Of a stretch of DNA of 64,000 nt, positions 18,545 through 30,675 are shown one piece after another. Origin of the DNA: Alphaproteobacteria bacterium. GTDB lineage: Bacteria > Pseudomonadota > Alphaproteobacteria > Rickettsiales > 21-14-0-20-44-7. Within the stretch, counting starts at the first letter, position 1. The number at the start of each line of letters is the position of its first letter. Below the pieces are notes generated by a model, which saw nothing but the letters and a program-made list of their open reading frames with translations, searched no databases and was not told the DNA's origin. The DNA lies in NCBI GenBank assembly GCA_043757405.1, contig JAYVPI010000024.1, positions 16,412-80,411 on the forward strand. Reading direction: 5' to 3'. Both the position numbers and the translations under genes were made by a program.

Positions 18545-20701
18545 TCACTCGACCCCAAAGTCTTTTTCAAACACGTGCTGCTCTTCCACTACTTTCTGTA
18601 GTTTCGGATAATCAACCTTACCAGAACCAAGCAGCGGGATTTCCGCCACAACGAGTTTGCGCGGGCTGGCAATATCCGCCAAACCGTTCTTCTTTGCATA
18701 ATCCTTAAACTCAGCCAGAGTATATTTCTTATCCGGCACCACCAGCACCAATTGCTCGCCTTTCTTATCATCCTTCACCGCCACCACGGCTGTCGCCACA
18801 CCCGCCCATAGTTTGTGCGCATATTCCTCAACCAGCGGCAAGCTCACCATCTCACCAGCCACTTTCGCAAAGCGTTTGGCGCGGCCTATAATGGTTATAT
18901 ATTTATCCGCATCCACGGAAACAATATCACCCGTCCCATACCATCCATCTTTCGGCGGCTGCAAAACTCCCGGTTTATCGAGCTTGATATAGCCCAACAT
19001 AATATTTGGCCCCTTGACCCACAATTCTCCACCCTCAGTAATTCCTGCTACTTTGCGCAGTTCAATTTCAACACCAGGAACAATTTTGCCAACACTGCCA
19101 GCCTTGGAAAACATCGGCGTATTGACCGCCAGAAACGGCGAAGTTTCCGTCACCCCATAACCTTCCAAAATCCGTATCCCGAATTTCTGCGCCCACAACT
19201 GCTGTGTCGAAACCTTCAATTTTTCCGCCCCCGCAATCACATAACGCATGCTGAAAAAATCATAAGGATGCGCCATTTCACCATAACGGCTGAGGAATGT
19301 ATCCGTGCCAAACAGCATCGTCGCCCGGATCGCATATGAGATTTCCGGAATGATATTATAATGCAGCGGCGTTGGATAAAGGAAAGTTTTGACGCCCGAA
19401 ACTAGCGGCAGCAATGTGCCCACCGTCAGCCCAAAACAATGGAACATCGGTAGCACATTGAGCGCGATATCTTTCGATGAGAAATCGATCATGCTCGCCG
19501 CTTGCGCCACATTGGCAATGATATTTTTATGCGACAACGCCACACCTTTCGGCGCACCCTCCGAGCCGGAAGTGAACAACAATGCCGCCGCCGATTGCGG
19601 GTTATGTTTCAGCGCCTGAGCAAAAGCTTTCTTCGGAAAATATGAGAGCAACAACGCCTTGGCCTTATCGCCGCCGGTGATATTTTTGGCGATATCTTCC
19701 AAATATATCATCTCCACATTCTTAATCTGCTTCACCAGCTCCTCCAACCCCGCCTTTTTGATAAAGAGCTTGGAAGTCAGCACAATTTTTATATCTGCCG
19801 TTTTACACGCATTGTTTATATTCGCCGCGCCGCTGGTGAAATTTATCATCGCTGGAACCTTGCCCAAATTATGCAAAGAAAAAAACGTCACCAGATTCCC
19901 CACTGAATTCGGCAATAACACGCCAACATATTCGCCCTTAATCTGATTCGCCAACGCCCCTGACAACGCATATACACGCGTAAATAACTGCCCATAATTC
20001 ATCGCCTGGCGCCCGATATCTTCCGCCACCACATGTTTGCGTCCGTGCGTAGTCGCCGCCTCAATCACCGCCGCCAATATTGGCCGCTCAGTATCAGTAG
20101 ACGCAAATTGCGCCTCCGATAACATCCGCTGTAATTGGTTGGTAATATCCGTACGCCGCAACTTCCCAATCTGTTTCGATTCCAATTTGAACGGCGGCAA
20201 AATTGTAATCACAATTTTCGGGAACCACCGCTGCCGCACCCTGCCCTTCAACCGTGAAACTTTAGAATATTGCGCCCCTTCAATATGCACGGGGAGAATC
20301 ATCGCCTCCGCCTTTTCCGCAATCATCCCCGGCCCGTCAAATACTTTCATTAGTGAGCCAGTAACCGTGATCCGCCCCTCCGGAAAAATCACCACCTTGT
20401 TATCCTTCTGCAAAAACTCAATCAGCGATTTCGCCGACATCGGATTGGTCGGATCCATTTTGAAAACCTTGAACATCCCCAGCACAATCCGCACATACCA
20501 TTGCTGCGCGATGATGGTGTTGATGGCAAAATTCGGCTGGTCGGGAAGGAAAGCCGTCAATAATGGTGGATCCAGGAACGATACGTGGTTGGGCATTATT
20601 ACAACGCGCTTGCCGGCGGCCGCGTAATTCTCCATCCCCCGCACTTCAACGCGGAAGGCCAGTTTCAAAATCGCCCTTAATATCATGAATGTTATTTTCA
20701 T
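18545..20701 (-). CDS. aas: bifunctional 2-acylglycerophosphoethanolamine acyltransferase / acyl-ACP synthetase (Aas)
   Basis: N-terminal PlsC-type HX4D motif (NHVSFLDP) followed by the AMP-binding motif LLFTSGSEGAPKGV. The start is taken at MKITFMILR. Confidence 0.8.
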   Translation of the reverse strand: MKITFMILRAILKLAFRVEVRGMENYAAAGKRVVIMPNHVSFLDPPLLTAFLPDQPNFAINTIIAQQWYVRIVLGMFKVFKMDPTNPMSAKSLIEFLQKDNKVVIFPEGRITVTGSLMKVFDGPGMIAEKAEAMILPVHIEGAQYSKVSRLKGRVRQRWFPKIVITILPPFKLESKQIGKLRRTDITNQLQRMLSEAQFASTDTERPILAAVIEAATTHGRKHVVAEDIGRQAMNYGQLFTRVYALSGALANQIKGEYVGVLLPNSVGNLVTFFSLHNLGKVPAMINFTSGAANINNACKTADIKIVLTSKLFIKKAGLEELVKQIKNVEMIYLEDIAKNITGGDKAKALLLSYFPKKAFAQALKHNPQSAAALLFTSGSEGAPKGVALSHKNIIANVAQAASMIDFSSKDIALNVLPMFHCFGLTVGTLLPLVSGVKTFLYPTPLHYNIIPEISYAIRATMLFGTDTFLSRYGEMAHPYDFFSMRYVIAGAEKLKVSTQQLWAQKFGIRILEGYGVTETSPFLAVNTPMFSKAGSVGKIVPGVEIELRKVAGITEGGELWVKGPNIMLGYIKLDKPGVLQPPKDGWYGTGDIVSVDADKYITIIGRAKRFAKVAGEMVSLPLVEEYAHKLWAGVATAVVAVKDDKKGEQLVLVVPDKKYTLAEFKDYAKKNGLADIASPRKLVVAEIPLLGSGKVDYPKLQKVVEEQHVFEKDFGVE

Positions 20702-20716
20702 ATTTCTCCCAAATCT

Positions 20717-20795
20717 GTCATTGCAAGCCCGAACGAAGCGCGGCAATCCAGGGTTCCGCCCAACCCGGGATTGCTTCGCTCAGGCTCGCAATGAC
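20717..20795. repeat. CGTCAT-type palindromic element (P1)
   Basis: gtcattgcaagcccgaacgaagcgcggcaatccaggg ... cccgggattgcttcgctcaggctcgcaatgac, in the lplT-aas spacer. Confidence 0.85.
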
Positions 20796-20805
20796 GAGTT
20801 CAATT

Positions 20806-22194
20806 TTAGCCTATCTTCCTCAACAATGTTTTAATAAACAGCGCATATCCAAGGTTCAAAACCGCCATAATCAGGAAAATCCCCGGCACGCTGATATGCA
20901 GCGTCAGCAGCCCGGAAACCGCCCCCCCGGCCAATACCATGAATATCGCGTTATAGATATTATCCCCGCCAATCACCCGTGAGCGCGATTTTTCATCCGC
21001 GCGCGTCTGAATAATCGCTTTGAGCGGCACCGTATAAATCCCCCCGAAAAACGAGATACCGAAAATGCCGAGCAGGATACAAATATTGGGCAGATGCGAG
21101 AAGAACTGCATTGGCGAAAGCAGATGGGTCGAAACATAAATCCGCGCCGCCACTTCCTCCCCTTTTGACATCAATCCCTGATGCAGCCGGTGGTCGATAT
21201 CAATCACGTGCTGCGGCGGCAAATACGCAAAATGCGTCGCTACCAATAATACAAAAATACATATGGTCATTCCGATCAAAGCATTAGGCGCAAATTTGGC
21301 CGTGATTTCCCCTTTCAAAATCTTTGCGCAGACTACAGAACCAACCGCCACACCAATCGAAAACACCGCCAGGAAAACCGTATAAACATCCGGCGTCGCA
21401 AATAAAACTTCGCGCCCATAAGCCGGAAACTGCGACATAAACACCGATCCAATCGCCCAAAACCATGACGTCCCCATCACCGCATAAAATACCGGCGGGT
21501 TGCCGTGTACTATCCCCAAAACTTCCCAAGTACTCGCCAAAATATTTTTCTTCACCTTCAATTTCGGCGAAGCAGGTTTTGCGCGCGGAATGAACAGCGA
21601 AGAAACTATCCCCAATGCTGAAATCACCACCAAAGAAACCGCGATATAAAGCGAAGTCTTAGGCTTATCCAAATCAATCAAATTCCCAAACTGCGTCCCC
21701 AAAATCGACCCCATCAATATCGCCAGAAACGTCCCGCCCTCGATGAACCCATTGCCGGTAATCAACTCATCCTTATGCAAATGGTCCGGCAAAACCGAAT
21801 ATTTCATCGGCGAAAAAAACGTCGCCTGCAATCCGGCGGCAAATAACAACCCCAGTAACAGATGCACATTATTAGTATAAAACCCATACCCCGCAGCCAA
21901 CATCACGAATATTTCAAAAATCTTGGTATAACGCATCAAGCTGCTACGCTCATACTTATCCGCCAACTCCCCCGCCAACCCAGAGAAAAATATATAAGGC
22001 GCAATCAACAACACCGCCGCAATCGTCGCCAAAATCTTCGGATCCGCCCCCAATGCTTCGGCAGAAACAATCTTGAAAGTGATGAGCGTCACCAACCCAT
22101 TCCGCATCAGGTTGTCATTAAAAGCCCCAAAAAACTGGGTGACAAAAAGCGGAAAGAAACGACGTTTGGTGAGAATATCGTATTTAGGCTTCAT
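20806..22194 (-). CDS. lplT: MFS lysophospholipid transporter LplT
   Basis: 12-TM MFS layout with N-terminus RRFFPLFVTQFFGAFNDNL. It lies upstream of aas, as in the known lplT-aas pair. Confidence 0.75.
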   Translation of the reverse strand: MKPKYDILTKRRFFPLFVTQFFGAFNDNLMRNGLVTLITFKIVSAEALGADPKILATIAAVLLIAPYIFFSGLAGELADKYERSSLMRYTKIFEIFVMLAAGYGFYTNNVHLLLGLLFAAGLQATFFSPMKYSVLPDHLHKDELITGNGFIEGGTFLAILMGSILGTQFGNLIDLDKPKTSLYIAVSLVVISALGIVSSLFIPRAKPASPKLKVKKNILASTWEVLGIVHGNPPVFYAVMGTSWFWAIGSVFMSQFPAYGREVLFATPDVYTVFLAVFSIGVAVGSVVCAKILKGEITAKFAPNALIGMTICIFVLLVATHFAYLPPQHVIDIDHRLHQGLMSKGEEVAARIYVSTHLLSPMQFFSHLPNICILLGIFGISFFGGIYTVPLKAIIQTRADEKSRSRVIGGDNIYNAIFMVLAGGAVSGLLTLHISVPGIFLIMAVLNLGYALFIKTLLRKIG

Positions 22195-22242
22195 TCTTAA
22201 ATTCTACCTAGTCCCAAGGGAAAGTCCAAGATTCATTTGCAA

Positions 22243-22292
22243 ACGTCATCCTGAGCATAGCGAAGGATCCTTCGCTATGCTCAGGATGACGT
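22243..22292. repeat. perfect 50 nt palindrome, CGTCAT-type (P2)
   Basis: acgtcatcctgagcatagcgaagga|tccttcgctatgctcaggatgacgt, centred on GGATCC. Confidence 0.95.
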
Positions 22293-22300
22293 TTTGGCAA

Positions 22301-24813
<2,513 letters not shown>

Positions 24814-25002
24814 GATTAGGTCTGTATAGCCGGATTTGCCGTGAAATCTAGAGTTAAGTTAGCGAGTTTGCAATCCCCCAATTGTTTTGCCCCGGCATGT
24901 GACAATCAAGCCTTCACTTATTTACCTATAGAAATGGGCATTTGTCATATTTCTGTCATATCCGTTTGTTATTGTTAACGAACAATTCATTTGGGATATG
25001 TT

Positions 25003-25401
25003 ATGGGAAAATTTAGTCACGACGATGGCGACAAAAAAGCAAAACCAATATATCGCCACATCATGCCAGAATCAGTTGACATTGATGCCTATATGAAAGG
25101 GCTGGAACAAATTTATCGTGCCGCGGATAAGGGCGACGGGTTTTTCAATCTTCACGGCAAACATGACGGCAAGTTATCACGAACTGAATTAAGAGATGCA
25201 TTTGAAGCAAGATATAACATGCCCATAAGCGCCAAACAGGAGGAAGCTCTTGAACGTATCATACCCAAAGAAGGCATTAATATCGATGCCGCCCTACAAA
25301 AAGCCCGCAAACAACTAGAAAAAGCCGATCTTAACCATGACGGCATTTATGACGCAAAAGACCTGCCCAACCCCCCAGCAACGCATCATACGCAGAAATA
25401 A
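25003..25401 (+). CDS. hypothetical protein with EF-hand-like loops
   Basis: DLNHDGIYDAKDL and HGKHDGKLSRTEL resemble 12-residue Ca-binding loops. The first ATG is at 25003; the ORF track uses TTG at 24991. Confidence 0.45.
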   Translation: MGKFSHDDGDKKAKPIYRHIMPESVDIDAYMKGLEQIYRAADKGDGFFNLHGKHDGKLSRTELRDAFEARYNMPISAKQEEALERIIPKEGINIDAALQKARKQLEKADLNHDGIYDAKDLPNPPATHHTQK

Positions 25402-25480
25402 TTATACACTATAATACATCACAAACTCAATCGGATGCGGCGCTGTCTCGTATGTCAACAACCCCTCCCTCTTCAAATCC
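25402..25480 (-). pseudogene. orphan duplicate of the last ~26 codons of glnA
   Basis: Reads [25 protein letters not shown], compared with [25 protein letters not shown] at the true glnA end (26263-26341). The Ser codon differs (AGT versus TCG). Confidence 0.85.
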
Positions 25481-25522
25481 GCGCAGTTTGACTTGCGCTT
25501 CAGACTTTGGTATTATTAACTC

Positions 25523-25735
25523 ATGACATTACAGCAAATTGAAAATCAGGTATCCAACCTCGCCCCCACTGATCTGGCCGCTTTCGCCAAATGGTTCGGC
25601 ACGTTTGTCGCTGCGCGGCTTGATTATGATAATTGGGACATGCAGATGATTGCCGATTCCCAAAACGGGAAATTTGATAAGATAATTGCCAAAGTCGATG
25701 CCAATTTCGAAGCGGGTAAATGCAAACCAGTTTAA
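25523..25735 (+). CDS. putative antitoxin (70 aa) of a ParE-like toxin module
   Basis: Small acidic ORF whose 3-prime end overlaps the start of the toxin-like reading frame by 16 nt. Confidence 0.45.
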   Translation: MTLQQIENQVSNLAPTDLAAFAKWFGTFVAARLDYDNWDMQMIADSQNGKFDKIIAKVDANFEAGKCKPV

Positions 25736-25990
25736 ATCACTTCACGGATCCTGATTACTGGCTTTATTATAAAAATATACCCGAAAACATACTCAAACCG
25801 CGCCGATAAAAACTTTCTGCTCTTGAAAGATAATCCAAGCCATCCGTCGTTACATTTCAAAAAGCTTGATGATAATTTATGGTCGGCGCGAATCGGTTCC
25901 TACCGCGCCGTTGCCAGAAAAAGAAAGGAAGGCTTCATCTGGTTCTGGATCGGCCCGCATGCGGAATATGATAAATTAATTGGGAAATAA
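25720..25990 (+). pseudogene. frameshifted ParE-like/RelE-superfamily toxin gene
   Basis: Frame 1 reads MQTSLNHFTDPDYWLYYKNIPENILKPRR* and stops at 25807-25809. The next frame, from ~25793, reads ADKNFLLLKDNPSHPSLHFKKL..WSARIGSYRAVARKRKEGFIWFWIGPHAEYDKLIGK*. Confidence 0.6.
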
Positions 25991-26260
25991 TTATTGAGAC
26001 TGATTTTTCAATTTCTCATATTGGCGCATTAACGAATACCATAATAATTGGCCAAAGCACAATATTCCCCATATAAATGAAATAATAATACTTATAATAT
26101 GATCACTCGATCCATGATGTGAGTTTACGGATAAAGTAAACTCAAATATTGACATGCCTAATGCCCATATACTTCCATATACAAGCGAAAACCGCCATTT
26201 ACCTAATTTTTTAGTTTTTTCCAGTTTAGCTAATCTCTTTTGCTCTTTTTCTGTAAGCAT
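25991..26260 (-). CDS. small membrane protein, 89 aa
   Basis: Two hydrophobic helices and A+T-rich sequence. Its ATG lies 2 nt downstream of the glnA stop on the same strand. Confidence 0.4.
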   Translation of the reverse strand: MLTEKEQKRLAKLEKTKKLGKWRFSLVYGSIWALGMSIFEFTLSVNSHHGSSDHIISIIISFIWGILCFGQLLWYSLMRQYEKLKNQSQ

Positions 26261-26262
26261 TA

Positions 26263-27708
26263 TTATACCGAATAATACATCACAAACTCAATCGGATGCG
26301 GCGCTGTCTCGTATGTCAACAACTCCTCCCTCTTCAAGTCCATATATGCGTCAATCTGGTCATCGCTGAACACGTCGCCTTTTTTCAAGAACGCGCGGTC
26401 TTTATCCAGTGCTTCCAAAGCCTCGCGCAGTGAACCGCAAACAGTCGGCACATCTTTCAATTCCTCCGGCGGCAAGTCGTACAAATTCTTATCCATCGCC
26501 TCACCCGGGTGAATCTTGTTCTCAATCCCGTCCAGCCCCGCCATCATCATCGCCGCGAAAGCATAATATGGATTGGAAGTCGCATCCGGGAAACGCACTT
26601 CAATCCGTTTCGCCTTCGGTGATGCCACATATGGAATCCGGATCGAAGCCGAGCGGTTACGCGCAGAATATGCCAGCAGCACCGGCGCTTCGTAACCTGG
26701 AACCAAACGTTTGTAGCTGTTGGTAGAAGGGTTGGTAAAAGCGTTAAGCGCCTTAGCGTGTTTGATAATTCCGCCGATGTAATAAAGCGCCATCTCCGAC
26801 AAATCCGCATAACCATTGCCAGCGAAAAGCGGTTTGCCGCCTTTCCATAATGATTGGTGGCAGTGCATGCCTGAACCATTATCGCCAAAAATCGGCTTTG
26901 GCATAAACGTCGCCGTTTTGCCATATGAATGCGCCACGTTATGCACGCAATATTTATAAATCTGCAAATTATCCGCCGTGCGGATTAGCGTCGAAAACTC
27001 AATCCCCAATTCGCATTGCGAAGGCGCAACTTCGTGATGGTGAAGCACCGCTTTCAAGCCCATTTTCTCCATCATCAAAATCATCTCGGCGCGGATATCG
27101 TTCAAAGAATCCACCGGCTGCACCGGAAAATATCCGCCCTTGGTGCGCGGACGGTGGCCATGATTGCCGCCTTCAAATTCATGATCCGACATTTCCGGAT
27201 CTTCAACCGAAGTCACTTGGTAAAATGATTTGGTCTGGTTGGTTTTATATTTCACATCATCGAAAATAAAAAACTCCGCTTCCGGCCCAAAATATGCCGT
27301 ATCGCCGATGCCTGTATATTTCAAATATTCCTCAGCCCGTTTCGCCGTAGAACGCGGATCACGAATATAACCCTGTCCGGTGGAAGGCTCAATTACATCA
27401 CAAAAAATTATCAAAGTAGTCTGCACCGTAAACGGATCCAGAACCGCAGTCGATGCATCCGGCATCAAAATCATGTCCGATTCATTAATCCCCTTCCAAC
27501 CCGCAATCGAAGAACCGTCGAACATAATCCCATCAGAAAACGAATCCTCATTGACGAATGAGGCGCGGTATGAAGTATGGTGAGTTTTGCCGCGCGGATC
27601 AGTAAAGCGGAAATCGACAAACTCGACCTCCTCTTTCTTGATCAAATCAAGCACAGATTTAGCATCGGATTTTGAATCAGATTTTGCCAAAGATTTTTGA
27701 TTGGCCAT
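26263..27708 (-). CDS. glnA: glutamine synthetase type I
   Basis: Motifs [21 protein letters not shown] and [12 protein letters not shown]. Confidence 0.95.
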   Translation of the reverse strand: MANQKSLAKSDSKSDAKSVLDLIKKEEVEFVDFRFTDPRGKTHHTSYRASFVNEDSFSDGIMFDGSSIAGWKGINESDMILMPDASTAVLDPFTVQTTLIIFCDVIEPSTGQGYIRDPRSTAKRAEEYLKYTGIGDTAYFGPEAEFFIFDDVKYKTNQTKSFYQVTSVEDPEMSDHEFEGGNHGHRPRTKGGYFPVQPVDSLNDIRAEMILMMEKMGLKAVLHHHEVAPSQCELGIEFSTLIRTADNLQIYKYCVHNVAHSYGKTATFMPKPIFGDNGSGMHCHQSLWKGGKPLFAGNGYADLSEMALYYIGGIIKHAKALNAFTNPSTNSYKRLVPGYEAPVLLAYSARNRSASIRIPYVASPKAKRIEVRFPDATSNPYYAFAAMMMAGLDGIENKIHPGEAMDKNLYDLPPEELKDVPTVCGSLREALEALDKDRAFLKKGDVFSDDQIDAYMDLKREELLTYETAPHPIEFVMYYSV

Positions 27709-27792
27709 ATATTTTCCCAGAATTATAAATTATCCAAGGCGGAAGGTAATTTGTAGCTACAAAGATGTCAATTGAGAAGTTGTTATAAGCGC

Positions 27793-28251
27793 CTAAGCGC
27801 TGAAATCAGCGTTGATTTTTTCAGGATTTTCACTTGTCGCTTCGGTTTTCGGCATGCCGATAGGTAATGACAGCTCGTGATCGATCTTTTCCCAGGCTTC
27901 GCGCATCATTTTGATTTCTTCAATAATCCCGTCACAATCAGCCGGACTATTGCTGCGGTTCAGATCCATCATCCGCAAATCAATGGCGAAATAGAAATTA
28001 TTAAGCATATGCGAAATTTCGCCGCCTTTTTCAAAATCCAGCGCCCCATGCAGGCCGCTTATGATATTTCCGGCTTTACTCAAGAAATTGAAGCGGTCTT
28101 CAAACCGCTTTTCTTCCATCGCCAGGCGCGATTGCTTCAAAAGCCGCAAAACCGCATCATAAAGCATAACCAACTGGCGCGTTTTCTGCACCGTAACGTT
28201 AGCCATCTGATATGACGCTAATTGCTGAGAATAGACCATTTTCTGGCTCAT
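27793..28251 (-). CDS. fliS: flagellar export chaperone FliS
   Basis: Four-helix FliS pattern: LVMLYDAVLRLL ... IISGLHGALDFEKGGEISHMLNNFYFAI. Confidence 0.85.
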   Translation of the reverse strand: MSQKMVYSQQLASYQMANVTVQKTRQLVMLYDAVLRLLKQSRLAMEEKRFEDRFNFLSKAGNIISGLHGALDFEKGGEISHMLNNFYFAIDLRMMDLNRSNSPADCDGIIEEIKMMREAWEKIDHELSLPIGMPKTEATSENPEKINADFSA

Positions 28252-28320
28252 TTAATTTCCTATTGCCACGAAACCAAGCCTAGCAAACCAAACTTAAAAT
28301 ATAATTAAAATTATTAGAAT

Positions 28321-28392
28321 TCGCGCTAGAAGCGCCGCGTTAAGTGAGCTGCGGCCCTCAATGGGCCTGGTCGCCCCGCTCCGCCCATAGCA
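28321..28392. repeat. family B repeat, partial inverted copy
   Basis: The reverse complement contains ggcccattgagggccgcagct..cgcggcgcttctagcgcga. Confidence 0.7.
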
Positions 28393-28412
28393 TATATAGT
28401 TACAAAGCCACC

Positions 28413-28511
28413 AATGAGGGAGGGCTTGACCCGACCGAGCGAGCCTAAAATTTTAATCTTGAGGGCGATAGCTGCGCTCTCCGGACGCATGCGCGGCGCT
28501 TAAGCGCAATT
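28413..28511. repeat. family B repeat copy with an internal A/T insertion
   Basis: aatgagggagggcttgacccgaccgagcgagcc[taaaattttaatc]ttgagggcgatagctgc...gcgcggcgcttaagcgcaatt. Confidence 0.85.
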
Positions 28512-28546
28512 GATATTGCCAAAAAAGCCGGAGAAGTGGAAACCTC

Positions 28547-28630
28547 CCTGAGGGAGGGCACTAGACCCGACTGAGCGAGCCCATTGAGGGCGACAGCTGC
28601 CCATAGGGCATGCGCGGCGCTTGAGCGCAA
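28547..28630. repeat. family B repeat copy
   Basis: cctgagggagggcactagacccgactgagcgagcccattgagggcgacagctgcccatagggcatgcgcggcgcttgagcgcaa. It ends exactly at the stop codon of the 28631 gene. Confidence 0.9.
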
Positions 28631-29131
28631 TTAAAATAGCCTTATTAGCGCATCCAACCCGTCCCGGAACTTGGCCAATTCCTGGGTATTTTGCTTGATT
28701 TGCGCCTTGGAATATACTGCCAGCCGCTTCAAAAACTTTGGCGCATAGTTAAATACGGCCACATTCATCACCATTTTTAAGGCTCCGGCACTACGCAATT
28801 TTTCCACCGCCATCGCATATTCCTTTTCCCGTTCCGCCTGCCAAATTTCATCATTATTACGAATTTCGCGGCCAAAACAGCTGTTCAGATCAACCGCCGA
28901 AACTCCCGGCGCACCAAATCTTAGCGTATAAAGCCAGCGGAAATGCAGCGCTGCGGAATATTGTTCATCGCTTATAATGCTTTTCTGCTTACATATATCA
29001 ATCGGCTCCGAGGTCAAACCCTTGGCCCGCCGCGCCTGCAATTCCAATGTGCCAAGATCCTTTTGCTGGCGTAGTTTAATCTCAGTATTTACTGCGTTTT
29101 TTGGCCTTCCGCGGCGAGATGTAAAACCCAT
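28631..29131 (-). CDS. hypothetical protein, 166 aa, with an AT-hook-like N-terminus
   Basis: The N-terminus MGFTSRRGRPKNAV contains an RGRP core. No other motif recognised. Confidence 0.5.
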   Translation of the reverse strand: MGFTSRRGRPKNAVNTEIKLRQQKDLGTLELQARRAKGLTSEPIDICKQKSIISDEQYSAALHFRWLYTLRFGAPGVSAVDLNSCFGREIRNNDEIWQAEREKEYAMAVEKLRSAGALKMVMNVAVFNYAPKFLKRLAVYSKAQIKQNTQELAKFRDGLDALIRLF

Positions 29132-29138
29132 AAAAATC

Positions 29139-29645
29139 CTATTGTTTAATTTTATTCTGATGTTTCCTGCCTTTTCGTACTGAACTATCCTTCCTCAGTG
29201 TACGAAAGTTAAATCCATTCATTACTTCCTCGCCCCTTTCCCGCACTTCTTTGGCAATGGCCAGAATGCGCGTTGGGACTAAATCCGCCAGCAGGCAAAT
29301 ATACTCAAAATCGCTCTCATCCACATCATCTCCTCTCACCGCGAACCACGCCAAGCCTTCCGCACGAGTCAGGCGGCGCTCTAAGTTACCGCCATGTCCG
29401 GATATATCATAAAGCGCCTGCACCACTACTGAACGCCATAAAACAGCACATAAATCAGTCTCACTTTCGTCAATCGGGATCACTTTGCGCGGCAATGAAA
29501 TTGCATTTTCACGCACCCGGTGCTTGAACTTCCTTTTACGCGGGAAATCAGGCCCTGCAGCTTTCCTTTCAAGAAACTTTTTTTCTTTTGGCAGCTTATC
29601 GCCACAGAAATCCGCTTCATTATTCCACACCCTTTCAAGCAGCAT
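29139..29645 (-). CDS. hypothetical protein, 168 aa, with basic patches
   Basis: Lies 7 nt upstream of the 28631 gene on the same strand. Contains PRKRKFKHRVR and a C-terminal KGRKHQNKIKQ. A+T-rich non-coding DNA lies upstream. Confidence 0.5.
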   Translation of the reverse strand: MLLERVWNNEADFCGDKLPKEKKFLERKAAGPDFPRKRKFKHRVRENAISLPRKVIPIDESETDLCAVLWRSVVVQALYDISGHGGNLERRLTRAEGLAWFAVRGDDVDESDFEYICLLADLVPTRILAIAKEVRERGEEVMNGFNFRTLRKDSSVRKGRKHQNKIKQ

Positions 29646-30011
29646 TTTTTCCTCAAATTGATTAGTTGTTGGCTTAATATTCGGTCAATTTATACAACCT
29701 AGGCTAGTTTTATTGTTTAGAGTTAAGATGCATCATAAAACACCATAATTAGGTTAATAAATCGTTAATCCCCCAGATTTATTGGCTTACAGGCCGTTTT
29801 TTGTACATGCGCCTCCTTCTTATTTTCGCTCTATGGTTGTATATATCAAAAATAATAGCCCGACCTATCCCATTAGGCAAATTAACTAAATGAAATAATT
29901 TTGTTGACTTCCAAAGCAGCTTCCACGGTGCTTTTCGCATAAACAATCCCTATCGGATTTAAAATTTTTAGCTTATGAACGAATAGTCGCCCCCAGCTAA
30001 AAAATAGATTC

Positions 30012-30038
30012 TTGACACTGGGCCAGAAGTCTTATAAA
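30012..30038 (+). promoter_or_regulatory. candidate sigma-70 promoter for rpsP
   Basis: TTGACA (30012-30017), a 15 nt spacer (short), then TATAAA (30033-30038), about 40 nt upstream of the rpsP ATG. Confidence 0.3.
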
Positions 30039-30077
30039 AGGCGCGGCTCACCTCAAATAAATTACAAAAAAGACTTT

Positions 30078-30494
30078 ATGGCTGTAAAAATCAGACTTTC
30101 CCGCGGCGGCTCAAAAAATCGCCCTTATTACACGATAGTGGCTGCCGATGGGCGCTCACCGCGCGATGGTGCTTTTATCGAAAAGCTGGGCAGCTATAAT
30201 CCAACTTTGCCCAAAGATTCTGCCGATCGTTTCAAATTTAAAAAAGAGCGCGTCCAACATTGGCTCGATCACGGCGCACAAGCTTCCGATCTCGTAACGC
30301 GCTTTTTAGTAAAAGCCGGCCTGCTTAAAGAATCTAAAAAAACTATCGCCCTTCGTGATAAAGCTAAACTTCGCCAACAAACCCTAAAAGCTGAAGCAGC
30401 AAAAAAAGCCGCTGATGAAGCCAAGGCCGCCGAAGCCGCCGCCGCTCCTGCACCAACTCCACAAGCTGCCGCCGCAGAAGCCCCAGCCGCATAA
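30078..30494 (+). CDS. rpsP: 30S ribosomal protein S16 with an Ala/Lys-rich C-terminal tail
   Basis: N-terminus [24 protein letters not shown]. The ORF-track start at 30012 is upstream of the real ATG. Confidence 0.9.
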   Translation: MAVKIRLSRGGSKNRPYYTIVAADGRSPRDGAFIEKLGSYNPTLPKDSADRFKFKKERVQHWLDHGAQASDLVTRFLVKAGLLKESKKTIALRDKAKLRQQTLKAEAAKKAADEAKAAEAAAAPAPTPQAAAAEAPAA

Positions 30495-30563
30495 TACTTG
30501 CCACCAATTCCCATCTACTTTATATCTCGCCCTCGCGCGTCATAAATTGCGCTAAGATACGGC

Positions 30564-30640
30564 GAAAATAATTATTTTGAGAGCACCGAAGCGGAGCGTA
30601 CTTTAGTACGTGAGCATCGAAGCGCAGAAAATTATTATTT
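30564..30640. repeat. imperfect palindromic element upstream of tRNA-Arg
   Basis: The arm aaaataattattttgagagcaccgaagcggagcgtac faces gtacgtgagcatcgaagcgcagaaaattattattt. Confidence 0.6.
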
Positions 30641-30675
30641 GCAGCCCATCATAGTAGCAATTGATGACGTGCAAG

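Noticed and set aside
28445-28630. ORFs 28445-28630 and 18319-18570.
   Set aside because: They are composed almost entirely of family-B repeat sequence, so they are most likely not genes.
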